DNA of 64,000 bases from Eledone cirrhosa (taxonomy: Eukaryota). This document shows positions 13,978 to 26,550 of this stretch, one piece after another; within the stretch, counting starts at the first letter, position 1; the number at the start of each line of letters is the position of its first letter. Location: assembly GCA_964016885.1 (NCBI GenBank), contig OZ024763.1, positions 9,424,001-9,488,000 on the forward strand, in the 5' to 3' direction. The notes beneath the pieces were generated by a model. That model had not been told where the DNA came from, did not search any database, and saw only the letters and a list, made by a program, of their open reading frames with translations. The position numbers were made by a program, and so were the translations under genes.

Positions 13978-14105
13978 CCAACTCAAATGATTTATGATCT
14001 TGTACTTCTTTCTCAAGGAGGGTTCTGTTGAGTTGTTCTTTGTTAAAAACAATTTCTTCTTTCAGAGACGAAATTTTATTTTCAAGTTGTTCAATGACTT
14101 TGTGA
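13978..14105 (-). CDS. CROCC: Rootletin exon
   Basis: 128 nt, phase 2-1. Encodes HKVIEQLENKISSLKEEIVFNKEQLNRTLLEKEV... Confidence 0.88.
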
Positions 14106-14246
14106 CTGAAACAAATGTAAATTTATGAGTGGTACTGTTAGATAACAGTGTCTAGGAAAATGGAGATGTTACTTTAGTTTATGGCAGGAGGGTTATGGAT
14201 AATACATTTGAGAACAGTTAGGTATTTATATGCATACACACACATT

Positions 14247-16927
14247 CATCATCATCATCATCATCACCGTTTTACGTCCGTTCTTCCACGCTAGCATGGG
14301 TTAGACGGGTTGTCCTGTTGTGGGCAGTGTCTGGTCGGCTGACCATGCCTTGCTCATACAGGAACTGATCTGGCTTGATTTCTACAGCTGGATGCCCTTC
14401 CTAACACCAACCTCATTTACAGTGAGTGCTGGGTGCTTTTTCGTGGCGCCTACACGTCCACTTTACAGTGTGGGCTGGGTGCTTTTTTGCCGTGGCACCT
14501 CCACGACCACCTTGCGGTGGGGTGGGGGGGGGGGGGGGCATATTGTTTATATGCTTCAGCATGTACCCATGGGAGGTCGGGTACCCTGTATTACTGCGTG
14601 ACGCCAGAAGTCACGGTCGTGTGTCATTGACTTTGAGAGGTGTAGTTGGGTAAGGTCGGCTTTTATCACCTCATCCCAAGTCATCTTGGGTCTCCCCACT
14701 CCGCGGTTTCCATCAACTTCTAGTGCTCTGCACCTTTTTATGCAGCTGTCATCCTTCATACGCATCACATGTCCATACCAGCGTAACCGCCTCTCCTGCA
14801 CGCAGCATTTGATTCCTCTTATGCTCAGTCTCTCTCTCAATTCATTTATGCTTTGTCGTTCACGTATATTACTGTTACACATCCATCGGAGCATGCAGGC
14901 TTCGTTTCTCTCTAATCTACGTAAGTCTTCCACCTTCAGCGCCCAGGTCTCACTACCATGCAACATCGCTGTTCGGATACACGCATCATACAGTCTGCCT
15001 TTCATTCTGAGGGAGAAGCCTTTTGCAGCTAGCAGTGGTAGTAGTTCCCTAAACTTCTTCCATCCCGTTCTTACCCTAGTTATTGTACTTTCTGAGCACC
15101 CACCTCCGTTGCTAATTCGGTCACCTAGGTAGCAGAAGCTGTCTACTGTTTCTACAGGGCCCTCCCAGAGATTGGTGGTACTTGTTTCCTGTGGCTGTTT
15201 GCTTGCTGTTTCAGCACAGCTGCTGCATGTGAATCCTACATTCTTAATTAAGCTTCCTGAGATCCCGCTACATCTCTTGTGTACCCATTGTTTGCATTTG
15301 GGGCAAAGAATGGAGTTCCTACCTACACCTTTCCTACATACTGAGCAAGGCCATTTCCCTGAGGGGATCTGGGTTCTGTTTTCTCGTCTACTTATAAGGA
15401 CCTTAGTCTTTGTCATGTTGACTTTGAGGCCCTTTCTCTCTAGTCCCTGCTTCCAGGTTTGGAATTTATTCTCTAGTTCTACCATAGATTCAGCTATGAG
15501 TGCGAGGTCATCAGCATACAGGAGTTCCCATGGGCATCCGGTCTTAAACTCCTCCGTTATTGCCTGCAGGACTATGATGAACAGGAGAGGGCTAAGAACA
15601 GAGCCCTGGTGGACCCCAACCTGTACGCTAAATTCCTCGCTATACTCATTGCCAATCCTAACTTTGCTGACTGCTCCCCTATACATGGCTTGTACCGCTT
15701 TCACAAGCCATTCATCTACTCCTAGTTTTCTAAGAGCCCACCAGATTACTGCACGTGGAACTCTGTCAAAGGCTTTCTCAAGGTCGACAAATGCCAAGTA
15801 GAGTGGCTTACTTTTAGCTAGGTACTTTTCCTGTAATTGCCTCACAAGGAAGAGCGCATCAGTGGTGCCTTTCCCTGGAACAAACCCAAATTGCATCTCG
15901 TCTATATTCACCCGGTCCCTAATCAGCTGTGCTATAACTCTTTCTGTTACTTTCATGACCTGGTCCATCAACTTTATACCTCTATAGTTTCCTCTATCTA
16001 GTGCATCGCCTTTACCTTTGTAGCAGTTGACAATGATGCTACTGCACCAATCTTTTGGTATGGCCCCCTCTAGTATTACCTGGTTAACGATACGTGTGGT
16101 TATAGTGTGACCTACAGACCCAGATGCCTTCAGCATCTCGGCAGCTATACCCGATGGACCGGTTGCCTTCCCTATCTTCATATCTCTGATTGCCTTACTT
16201 ACTACGCTGCCGCTGACTTGTACTGCTGGTCCCTCTATAGGGTCTACGTGGGGTAGGGTCTCTTCTTCCCATGCATTCTCCTCATTTAGTAATCTATCAT
16301 AATGACTCTTCCATGCATCTTTCTTCTCAGCACTTGTGAGGGCAAGCTCACCTTTATCATTCCGGATACACTTCTCTCCAATGACATCACAACTATCTCT
16401 GACACACTGCCTCGCAATCTTGAATACCTCCTGTTTCTGGTCCTCACGTTGTAAAACATGCTTGAATTTTCTATCCTCTGCTTCCCTCCTAGCTAAGTAT
16501 ACTTGTCGCCTAGCTTCCCTCTTGGTCTCTATGTAATGTACCCTGCTCCCCCCGTTCTTCCATTCTTTCCATGCCTGTCTCTTGGCCTTGACTGCTTCAT
16601 CTACCTTATTGTTCCACCACCAAGTCACTCTCCTCCTGCTTGAGGTCTTACTCCAGCCACAAACCTCATCCGTCGCCTCTAGTAAGTTATTTTTTAGGAA
16701 CTCCCAGTTCTCTTCTACGTTAAATGTCTCTCTCTGTTCTTCTTTACTGTCGTAGGCGTTGAGTAAAATATCTTTAAATCTGTTACTGGTTGAGGGGACT
16801 TTCAGCTTCCAGATCTTTCTTCTCCAGGTTGGCCTCTGTTTCAGGGCTCGTCTAGTTCTGACCGTGAGGTCGCTGACAACTAAGCTATGTTGGGATGTAC
16901 ATTCCTCACTAGGGAAGGCTTTTGTGT
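14247..16927 (-). mobile_element. Young 5'-truncated RTE LINE with open RT ORF
   Basis: Uninterrupted frame from 14556 to about 16926 with GVHQGSVLSP, YADD and a C4HC3 finger. Truncated at the end of the endonuclease domain; (CAT)n tail. Confidence 0.96.
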
Positions 16928-16928
16928 T

Positions 16929-16962
<34 letters not shown>

Positions 16963-16965
16963 ATA

Positions 16966-17855
16966 CTAGCAGTGGTACCTGGTGTTGCACGGGATAAGGT
17001 ATTTTGGAACGCGGGCCGCCAACAGACCTAATCGTGGAAAAACTGCATGCCTGGACAATATGCAAAGAAAATAAACCGAATACTCTGATGGATGGATAAT
17101 CTTTAAGATTTTCCTCGATGAAGCAGGAAAAATGCAGGTTTTCACCTAATGCGGGTCCTGGGGGATCAAGAAAAGGAATTTTTTTTATGTACATAATATG
17201 CCTTGAAATTTCGGGAAAAGCGGCGGCTAGACGTAACGCCTCCAAAAAGCCCTAAAAAGCTGAAAAAATGAAGTTTTTCACCTAATGCGGGCCCTAGGCC
17301 ATAAAAAAGTTGGATTTTCTTTGCTTACAGTATGAAGAAGAGACTGACTAATACAGAGTTACAATTTCAAGGAAATCGGTCTGACGTAACGCCTCAAATA
17401 ACCCTAAAAATCTTTAAAAACGCAGCTTTTCACCTAATGTGAGCCCTAGGAGATAAAAAAGTTGAATTTTTTTTATGTGCATAACACTCCCTGAAACATA
17501 AGTAATACACATGTAAAGTTTGAAAAAAATCAGTTGGGTACTTTTAAGGATTCAAACTCACAGACAGACATCCTCAGGGAAGTGACATAATGCAGACAGC
17601 CAGACAGATATTACGCGACGTTATATGTATGTATCTATCTAAAAAGAGAAAGACTAAGAATTATAGAGAGAGATCGCTAAATCGCCTAATGCGGTCCCTA
17701 GGGCATTGAAAATTTGAAATTCTTTTGGCTCAGAACACTCCCTGAAACATAAGTATTACATGTGTAAAGTTTGAAAACAGTCGGTTGGGTGCTTCTCGAG
17801 TCTTAGGGATTCAAACTCACACACACACAGACATCCTCAGTTTTATATATATAGA
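16966..17855 (-). mobile_element. Non-autonomous Helitron
   Basis: The minus strand starts A|TCtatatatataaaa and ends with a GC hairpin (cccgtgcaacaccagg) and CTAG|T. No TSD. Confidence 0.8.
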
Positions 17856-19250
17856 TTGTCGATCTGGAAAAAGCTTTTGACAGGGTACCCCATGCCATAA
17901 TCTGGTGGGCTCTTAGAAAACTAGGAGTAGATGAGTGGCTTGTGAAGACCGTACAAGCCATTTATAGGGGAACAGCCAGTAAAGAAAGTTAGGATTAACA
18001 ATGACTATAGCGAGGAATTTAGCATAGTTTGGCATCTCACACATAGTAGAATCTATGGTGGAACTAGGGGGAAATTCGAAACATGGAAGCAGGGAAGCCT
18101 AGAAAGAAGGGGTCTTAAAGTAAACCTGACAAAGACTAAGGTCCTCGTAAGCAGGAGAGAAAACAGAATCCTGATCCTCTCAGGGAAATGGCCCTGTTCA
18201 GTATGTAGGAAAGGTGTAAGTAGAAATTCTATCCTCTGCACTAAAAGCAAACTATGGGTACACAAGAGATATAGTGGGTTCTGAGAAAGTTTAGCTAAAA
18301 ACGTAGGCTTTAAATGTTGCACCAGGACAGTAAGCAGCAAACAACCACAGGAAAGAAGGGCTATCAAATTCGCGGAAGACTTGATAGAAACAGTAGATAG
18401 CTTCTGCTACCTGGGTGACCAAATTAGCAGCAGGTGTTCTGAAAGTATAGTAGCCAGAGTGAGAACAGGATGGAAGAAGTTCAGAGATCTACTACCAGTT
18501 AGCTGCAAATGGCTTTCCCCTCAAAATGAAAGCAGACTGTATGGTGCATGCATACGAACAGCAATGTTGCATGGTAGTGAGTTGTGGGTGCTGTGTGCAG
18601 AAGACTTGCGTAGATTGGAAAGGAATAAAGCTTGCATGCTCCAGTGGATGTGTAATAGTAATATACATGAACGGCAAAGAATAAACGAATTGAGAGTGAA
18701 ACTAGGCATAAGAGGAATCAGATGCTTTGTGCAGGAGAGCAAATTACATTGGTGTGGACATGTGATGTGTATGAAGGATAGCAGCTGTATAAAAGGTGCA
18801 GAGCGCTCAAAGTCGATGGAAACCTTGGAGTAGAGAGACCCAGGAAGAATTGGGATGAGGTGATAAAAGCTGATCTGGCCCAATTGCACCTCTCAAAGAT
18901 GATGACATGGCACCAAGATCTCTGGTGTTACACAGTAATACAGAAGACTCAACTTCCCAAGGGTACAGGCCAAAGATGAAGCATATTTATAAAATGCACC
19001 ATCCCACCCCACCATCTCCCATGAGGAGAAGCTGAAGTATACATCCGGTGAAGCCTCCAGTCCACACTGTAAAGTGGTCGTGTAGACGTCACAACAAAAA
19101 GCACCCAGTACTCACTGTAAATGAGGTTGGGGCTAGGAAGGGCATCCTGCTGGAGAAACCAAGCCAAAATCAGTTCAGTATGAGCATGACATGGCCACCT
19201 GACCTAGCATTACTCACAAGAGGATAACTCGTCTAACTCACGCCAGTGAA
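17856..19250 (+). mobile_element. Degenerate RTE LINE, inverted relative to 14247-16927
   Basis: VDLEKAFDRVP, SFCYLGD and MLHGSE motifs with frameshifts. Confidence 0.92.
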
Positions 19251-19644
19251 AACCAACAGGTTTGTGTGTTTTTATTAGCTGCATGACCCTCCCAAAGTAC
19301 AATATATATATACATATATATATATGTAGGTATGTATGTGTGTGTGTATGTATAAGAATATATTAATATACATAGTGTATATAGTGCTTTTAACAGTCAA
19401 TGGTTATACTTATCTGAGGGGTCAGTGATCTAAGGAGTAGAATCCTATAGTTACATAATCATTATGCAATTGTGAATGATTTTGAACCAGGCTATGAGTC
19501 AAACATATGTTATATTGTTAAACTGATCTCTCTCCCTCTCTCTCCCTATATATGTGTGTGAGTGTGTATTTTATTAAGCAAAACAACAACAAAAAAATAA
19601 TATCAATAAAACAAACAATACACGGAAATTCTAAAATTTCTCAC

Positions 19645-19896
19645 CATCTTTCATTTTCCTTAATCTGTCGTTCTTTATCCTGTAAAATATCATCTTTCTC
19701 ATCTTCGAGGTTATCTCTCTGGCGTTGGATCTCAGCATTTGCTGCCTGGAGTTTCTCATTTTCCACACGATATGCCTCAATCTGTTCATTCAAAGATTCG
19801 CGGATCTTTTCCAATTGAGATCGTTCATTGCCCGTTAAATTCAGAACAGTCTTTATTCTGTCTCTATCGCGATTGGAATCAACATAATCTCTACGC
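19645..19896 (-). CDS. CROCC: Rootletin exon
   Basis: 252 nt, phase 2-2. Encodes ...ENEKLQAANAEIQRQRDNLEDEK... Confidence 0.9.
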
Positions 19897-19924
19897 CTGG
19901 ATTAAAATAAATAAATTAATACAA

Positions 19925-20490
19925 ATAAACTGTAAAACTAGAAATGTAGTCTATAATATAAGATGTATAGAGGCTGCCTATGGAAACATGACAACATACA
20001 TAGGAGAGACAGCTCGTAGTATAGGAGAGAGGATAGACAAACACCAGGGTGAACTAAAAGGACAACAAAACAGTTTGGTACTAAGACATAGTGCTAATAT
20101 AGATAACATAGAAATTAAAATAATATCAAAACATAAAAATGATTCAACAGGTAGACAAATTAGGGAAGCAACTGAAATAGAACTAAGAAAACTGAAGCTG
20201 AACAGAAAACATCTATGGAACAACAACCATACACAAACACACAATAGTAAATATACACAGGTACAATAACAACAACCACACATAGACACACACTAGTGAC
20301 CAAAGTTAGAATACAAACACACAGAGACTCAGACACAAATACACACCTAACAAAACACAAACACATGTGCAAACAGAGACAACAATAAATAAATAAAATA
20401 AAATAGAATAAGTTAACATTACAGCAATACAACCGGAGGAAATGATATAGTATCACTGATGATGTCACAGGTGTGTGATGAAAGAACTCT
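19925..20490 (+). mobile_element. Penelope-like element 3' part: GIY-YIG endonuclease plus 3' UTR with hammerhead core
   Basis: CKTRNVVYNIRC...YIGETARSIGERIDKH...REATEI...LNR. CTGATGA-tgtcacaggtgtgtgat-GAAA-gaac-TC at about 20453-20492. Confidence 0.8.
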
Positions 20491-20534
20491 GAGAGACTAT
20501 ATATCTATCTATCTATATATATATGATTCTTTTT

Positions 20535-20900
20535 TTCAAATACCACTTTGGAAGAAGAATCAGGAGGAGAGAGAGGTGCTGTACCCCAGCAAGTTTTATG
20601 AAAGGTGGGTGAAAGTGGCGAGAATGGCCCGAGTGAATGGGCCTTCTCTCTATATCAGCCTGTAGGTTGTGGAAAAGGAGGAGGAGAGGAAAGGAGTACA
20701 AACTCTTCATACTCCTGGAGATGAGGGTTGCACATTTTTTCGAGGGTATGTTACCCATATGAACTGTCTCCCCCTATTGGCGAAAATCGACTAATTTTTA
20801 AATTGCATTTGTGATAATATTTTACACGTTTTATTGTATGTAAACTTCCCCCTTTGTATTTGTCCCCTTCTTTTGTGCCCCTGTGGCTAATAAAGAAACA
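20535..20900 (+). mobile_element. Tx1-like LINE 3' fragment
   Basis: EREVLYPSKFYERWVKVARM matches the copies at 60127 and 62776; ends in AATAAA. Confidence 0.7.
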
Positions 20901-20902
20901 TA

Positions 20903-20951
<49 letters not shown>

Positions 20952-22145
20952 TAACTGATAAACATTTTTTAAATGATAAACATTGATTGCCAGCTAAATT
21001 AACTAAAATATACAGAAACGAAAACCAACCCAAACCAAACAGTGGGTGTGTTTTATTATATATTACAGTCAATATTATAACATGACCCCCCCCCCCCCCA
21101 ATTATAACAATATATATATATATGTATGTATGTATTGAATGTCAGGTCGCTCTCGAGTGCTACTGGTGACATGTAACCCAGTACAACCTATCTCATGGTC
21201 GGGTCGTCGGCGACTAAACCGGCAACCCCATGAAGCTAGCTTGGTGAGGAGGGTGATATCTGGACAGCCTGCGGGGTGAAATATAAGACCCGGCAAAGGG
21301 CGGAGGAACTCAGCAGAGTCAACAGCCATCCAAATAGTGGTTTAAAAAAAAAAATTTTTTGTCCCCACCTTTCTAGGAGAGGGAAACTCCAAAAAAAAAC
21401 CTGCAGCTTTGTAAGCATCTGATGATATTGACTAGTTCTCCTTTTCAGGTAGTGTTTTCAAAGCTCAGAGAGTGGGATTGATCGAGTGCAGGGCCTTTCC
21501 CCACTTAAAAACCTTCAAAGCACAGGCATTGTTTGTTCAAGATGTGTTACAGGTTTGTGTGGTTGGCGGTAGCCTAAAAGTGCACCAAACTCTACAATCT
21601 GACAAGCGATTGCAATACTCTTAGCAGAGTTTGCAGCCATCATCATCATCATCATCATTTTACGTCCACTTTTCCCTGCTTGCAAGGGTTGGGCGTCTCC
21701 TATTCTTCATAGTGTTTGGCAGTAGTATATATACGGGTTGGATGCCCTTCCTAACACCAGCACCACTTTACAGCATGGACTGGGTACTTTTATTCGTGCC
21801 ACTAGCACTAGAGAGATCGTCTTACTGGACTCAGGGCCCGCTTTACCCCTCCATTTTACAGCATGGACTGAGTGCTTTTATTCGTGCCACCAACACTAGG
21901 GAAGTTGTCTTACTGGACTTAGGGGACTTCTCTACCCCGCACCAATTTATTCGGTGTGGTAGCTCTCCTAGATAGGTTGCCTACACTACGGCTTACGGAG
22001 CCTCCGTCCACCCCTTCATGTATATATATATATATATGTTGAGCAAGGCATTTTATTTCACGTTGCTCCTTCTACCTAAAGAATAGGGAAACATTTCAAT
22101 TATAAAAAAAATATGAAGAAGCAGATAATAAAATCTCATGCTTAC

Positions 22146-22724
22146 ACATCTTCAATATCATTCTTCAAAGATACAATCGTCTGCTCTGCTTTGCGTCGTT
22201 CATTTTCTGCAGATTCTAAAGAGACACGCAATGATGCAATGTGTTCCCGACTGGAGATCAGTTTGGCTTTTAACTCCTGCACTTGCAGTTGTCGTTTGTT
22301 AAGTGCTGCCTGAACAGCTGAGAAAGTGGCATCAGCGAATGCCGGAGATCGAGATCGGCCCAAAGGAGAGATGGAGCGGTTACGCTTCCTGGGCGACATT
22401 GAATGACCAGGTGAAGTAGATCGGGGGCGGAATGGCGATGATGATGATGCTAGCATTGGAGATTCAGCTTTGCCAGTTTGTTCAGCTGATGCAGTGTCTG
22501 CGGTGCAGGAGAGGTCCGCGTCGTTAATAACGGCCTGAGCGATGTCCCTCAAGGCTATATGTAAGGCATCTGTTTCCATTCGAGACTGGTGGGCTATTTG
22601 TTGCTCATGGTCATTCTGCTGTTGCTCCAGCTGTTCCTGTTTTAACTGCACCATATTCAGTGCCCTGTCTTTGTCTTCCATCTGCTGATGTAATTTTTCA
22701 TTCAGAAGAGAAAGCTCATTGATC
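22146..22724 (-). CDS. CROCC: Rootletin exon with Ser/Pro/Arg-rich linker
   Basis: 579 nt, phase 2-2. Encodes ALRDIAQAVINDAD...SPAFADATFSAVQAALNKRQLQVQELK. Confidence 0.92.
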
Positions 22725-22899
22725 CTGCAAAATTAATTAAAAAAAAAAAAAATTTAATTGTAAAAAAAACAAGAGAGAGAGAGAGAGTTGTAGTTTGCTT
22801 GAAGCATTGTGGAATATGAAGAATGCATATCTTTATGAAGTTTCTACAATACAGACGGGTTTGTAAATATTGAAATAACAAAGACGGATAAGAAACATC

Positions 22900-23335
22900 A
22901 CCAACAACAACAGCAGCAACACCATCAACATCAACAACACAAACACAAACACCAATAACACCACCTCCACCAACAACAATACAACAACAACAACACCACC
23001 AACACCCACAGCACTACCACCACCACCAACAACATCACCACTACTAACATCAACAACCACACCAACAACAACACCAACCATACCAACCTCAACACCAGCA
23101 GCGCAACCAACAACAACGCCAACACCACCAACAAACACCAACCCCACCAACAACAACACCAACCATACCAACCCCAACACCACCACCAGCAGCACAACCA
23201 ACAACAACGCCAACACCACCACCAACAACACCAACACTAACATCAACAAACACCAACAGCACCACTAATACCACCACCGACAACAACAACGCCAACACCA
23301 ACACCACCACCGACAACAACATCAACAAAAACATG
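22900..23335. repeat. Compound (CAA/CAC)n low-complexity repeat
   Basis: Visible trinucleotide array filling most of a short intron. Confidence 0.9.
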
Positions 23336-23365
23336 AAAGCATTAAAAAAGAAGTGAATCCTTTAC

Positions 23366-23487
23366 TTGGTATTTAATTCTGTACAATGTGTGTCATATTT
23401 GGTCTGCAGCTGGACATTATCATGAATCTTAGCCCTTAACTGACTTTCAAGGGTGCTTTTTTCAGTCTTCTCTTTATCCAACGCAAC
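23366..23487 (-). CDS. CROCC: Rootletin exon
   Basis: 122 nt, phase 0-2. Encodes VALDKEKTEKSTLESQLRAK...; phases fit both neighbours. Confidence 0.85.
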
Positions 23488-23989
23488 CTAGGAGACATAA
23501 CAAAAGTTCTTATGTAAAATACAAAGAAGAGTTTTAATTTAAATATAGACTGCATAAAATTATAGATTTTATAGAACTGGTGGCAATTTTAGGTGGGACG
23601 GTATTGAAAAGGTTAAACAAATTTTTTTAAATATAAGTGTATCTGGTTTAGAATAAGTACAATGTATCCCTATATGTCATAAATGCGACATGGGTTAGTG
23701 TCAGGAAGAGATCTGGCTGTAAAACATTGCCTTCAAAAGTCCCATCCAACTCATGTTAGCATGGTAAAGTCAACATAAAAACGTTGATCATGATGTTGAT
23801 AATAAACAATATAAAATGAGAAATGTTATATCCATAGAACCAGAGGCAGTTTCAGGCAGGTTGATGTTGAAAATGTTAAACTTCATTTTTTTTTTTTCAA
23901 CATTCCAGGTGTAATAATGTGCCAGCTTCAACACTTGGTTATCAGAAGAGAGGAGTAAATGAGAAGTTCACTAGACTCAGTTTGGTATT

Positions 23990-24355
23990 CGTGTCTTTCC
24001 TTACCTATGGTCATGTAAATTGGGTAATGATCAAAAGAATGCAATTGAGAACAGAAGCAGCCAAAACAGTGTTCCTCTGCAGGGTCTTTGGAGTAATGTT
24101 ACTCCATAGAGTGCATAGCTTGAAGATCAGGAAGTCACTCCAGATAAAGCCACCACTTCTCTGAATTGGTGCTATGGACATGTGGTTAGAATGTCTAGGA
24201 AAGAAAGACTGGACAGATTATTAGTAAAGCTAACCAGCAGGAGGCCCAGCAAAATGGCTGGATAACATTTATAAGCTCATATATAAGATCATTTGAAGAG
24301 TGTTGCTTCTGATAAAACCCTCAGAAAGGTGTGTCTGAGAACTCTGCCCCTATGA
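23990..24355 (+). mobile_element. Old RTE-1/Expander-like LINE 3' fragment
   Basis: LTYGHVNWVM..EAAKTVFLCRVFGVMLLHRVHS..IRKSLQIKPPLL. Confidence 0.7.
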
Positions 24356-24393
24356 CACTCTCAGGACTAAGTAAACGAAGAAGAAGAACTTAC

Positions 24394-24606
24394 CAGGGTC
24401 TGTGTATCAACATGTCTGGCATTTGAACTGTATTTTAGGGTGGCAGAGTACATTCCTCGAGCAGTGCGGTTGATATCAGAACGAACGTTATGTAAATCTC
24501 TTTCTGTTGTCAATTTCAAATCACTGAAGTCACGACGAAATGCGATCACAGATTTCCACAGATTATGTAAACGGTTATGTTCCTCATTATAAAACTGATT
24601 GAAAGA
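24394..24606 (-). CDS. CROCC: Rootletin exon
   Basis: 213 nt, phase 0-0. Encodes SFNQFYNEEHNRLHNLWKSVIAFRRDFSDLKLTTERDL... Confidence 0.92.
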
Positions 24607-24764
24607 CTGGAAAAAATAATTTGGGAGAGATGACTAATTGTATTTGATGGCATATAAAAATCTTCCCATTCACCAGTGAGATAGGAAATGGATTGTGTAT
24701 CATGCTTGTGTGCATAAAACATATATATATATATATATAGGAAGATATATATATATATATATAT

Positions 24765-24950
24765 AGGAAAAGAGTCAGGACCCCGACGGCTGAGCTCTGG
24801 CCGTTTCGACAGCTACATCCGAACTGGTCGAAATGGCCGGAGCTCAGCCGTCGGGGTCCTGACTATTTTCCTATTACCCAGTCTACTACCCTAAGTATCA
24901 AGTACTCTGGTGTGTTATGATCCACCTGGTTTCTCACCACACTTTCTTTG
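24765..24950. mobile_element. Short fold-back element in (TA)n carrying the 3' half of a hammerhead
   Basis: Near-perfect hairpin at 24765-24873. Each arm has GAAA-(c/t)ggcc; flanked by (TA)n on both sides. Confidence 0.55.
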
Positions 24951-24951
24951 T

Positions 24952-25001
<50 letters not shown>

Positions 25002-25899
25002 ACATATTATTATCATTGATATGTATGTGTGTCTGCGTGCATTAATTTTTAAGTTACAGTCAGGCATATATATATGTATATGTATATAGTGGGTCAAATG
25101 CTAGGATGGATGGTTGTGTTGTGATGTTGATTCGGTTGTTGTGTGTGTACTTACTTGTGGATTGCTCAGTGGTGTGTTCACTGTTGTGTAGAGTGTAGGT
25201 GAGGAAAGATTGATGTGCCTGATACAGTGTGACTAGAGATTGCGGGTGTGCAAGTAAGTAAGTAAGTGAATAATAGTGTTCATTAAGACGATGATGATAT
25301 GATGTTTCATTGGGAAAGTAATTTACCTTGATCACATAAGAAATGAAATATATTAACCTTAATAACACAAAGCCACTATGTTACTAATTTATTAAGCATT
25401 ATTTTCATCTAAATGATACGACAATACACGAAGAACAAATAACCACAGATTAATTGTGTAATGTTATGTATCAGGATGATGTGTATGTGAGTTTGCTTGC
25501 AAAGGTATTTTTTAAAATGTATTCACCAAACTTCTGTTGATGGGATGAATTTTGGGAGAGAGAGAGGGAAGCCGACAGGGTCTGTGTAAGGCAGTGGACT
25601 ACATCTTAACTGCTGTCAACTTTGTAACTGTCCTTTCTGACTCTGGGCTATTTACGAATATGCTTTCCTTTGTCTCCAACACTGAGAACAAGTAGATGGC
25701 TATTTGGTATGTCAAAATGTCAGAGATATTGGTGACTCGAAAGCCAGTTCACAATAGGAACCCATCTATGAGGCTACAGAAGTCAGCTTCTTGGTGGATG
25801 GTTGATAGAGTAAAAGAAACTAAAGAGTATCAAATTACTGCTACATATATATGATTCTGATTATTTGTGTTTTTAACAATTGGAAGAGGATTAGATTTT

Positions 25900-26550
25900 T
25901 ATTCAGTAAAATAAGGCTTTAAAATAGCGTTCAAGCACAATTTCAGGAATGCTAACTTCTTGGATGTAATGTTTAATCTCAACTCCGGATTGGTAGAGCC
26001 CTTCCATAACAATATTGAGAATTTATCATACATTAGCTACCAATCCAACCATCCCCAATCTATAATCAAATCTATAGTTCAAAACGTGCCTGTAAGAATT
26101 TGCCGCCTATCATTGTCCCTCGAAATATTTAAGGAGCATGCTGAATATTATAACAGTACATTACATAGGGCTGGCTATAAGGATGAGTTAGAGTATATAA
26201 GCATATAAGCGAAAGCAAGATGAGTAGGCACACTCCACTCCATAGGACTAGATGTAGTTCTGATTCTAGAAATAGTCGTAAATACACTCACCACATAGAA
26301 AACAACAATAGGGATAGGCAGTAGGGTGATAGGATCTCAAATAACCCCCAGATAGGAACTCCACATAGTAACGCAACAAGAAAATCTAGGAGTAAAACAT
26401 ACCTCTCATATAATCTGGTCTTCAACTCTGCAATTAAAACTAAACTACCCTTAGTATCCTTCAAACTAATAGAATAGATAAGCACTTACCAGAGTCACAC
26501 AAGTATCATAAAACATTTAATAGGAAAACCATCAGATTATCGTACAAAAC
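25900..26550 (+). mobile_element. Penelope-like RT thumb/linker remnant
   Basis: NFLDVMFNLNSG..YISYQSNHPQSIIKSI..RICRLS..AGYK, and later HKYHKTFNRKTIRLSY. Confidence 0.8.

Noticed and set aside
19739-20269. 176-aa standalone GIY-YIG gene or homing endonuclease
   Set aside because: The first third is antisense to a rootletin exon. The rest is a truncated Penelope-like endonuclease.
22833-23334. Hydrophobic Val/Leu-rich membrane-protein ORFs (also 61227-61814)
   Set aside because: They are products of (CAA/CAC)n low-complexity sequence.
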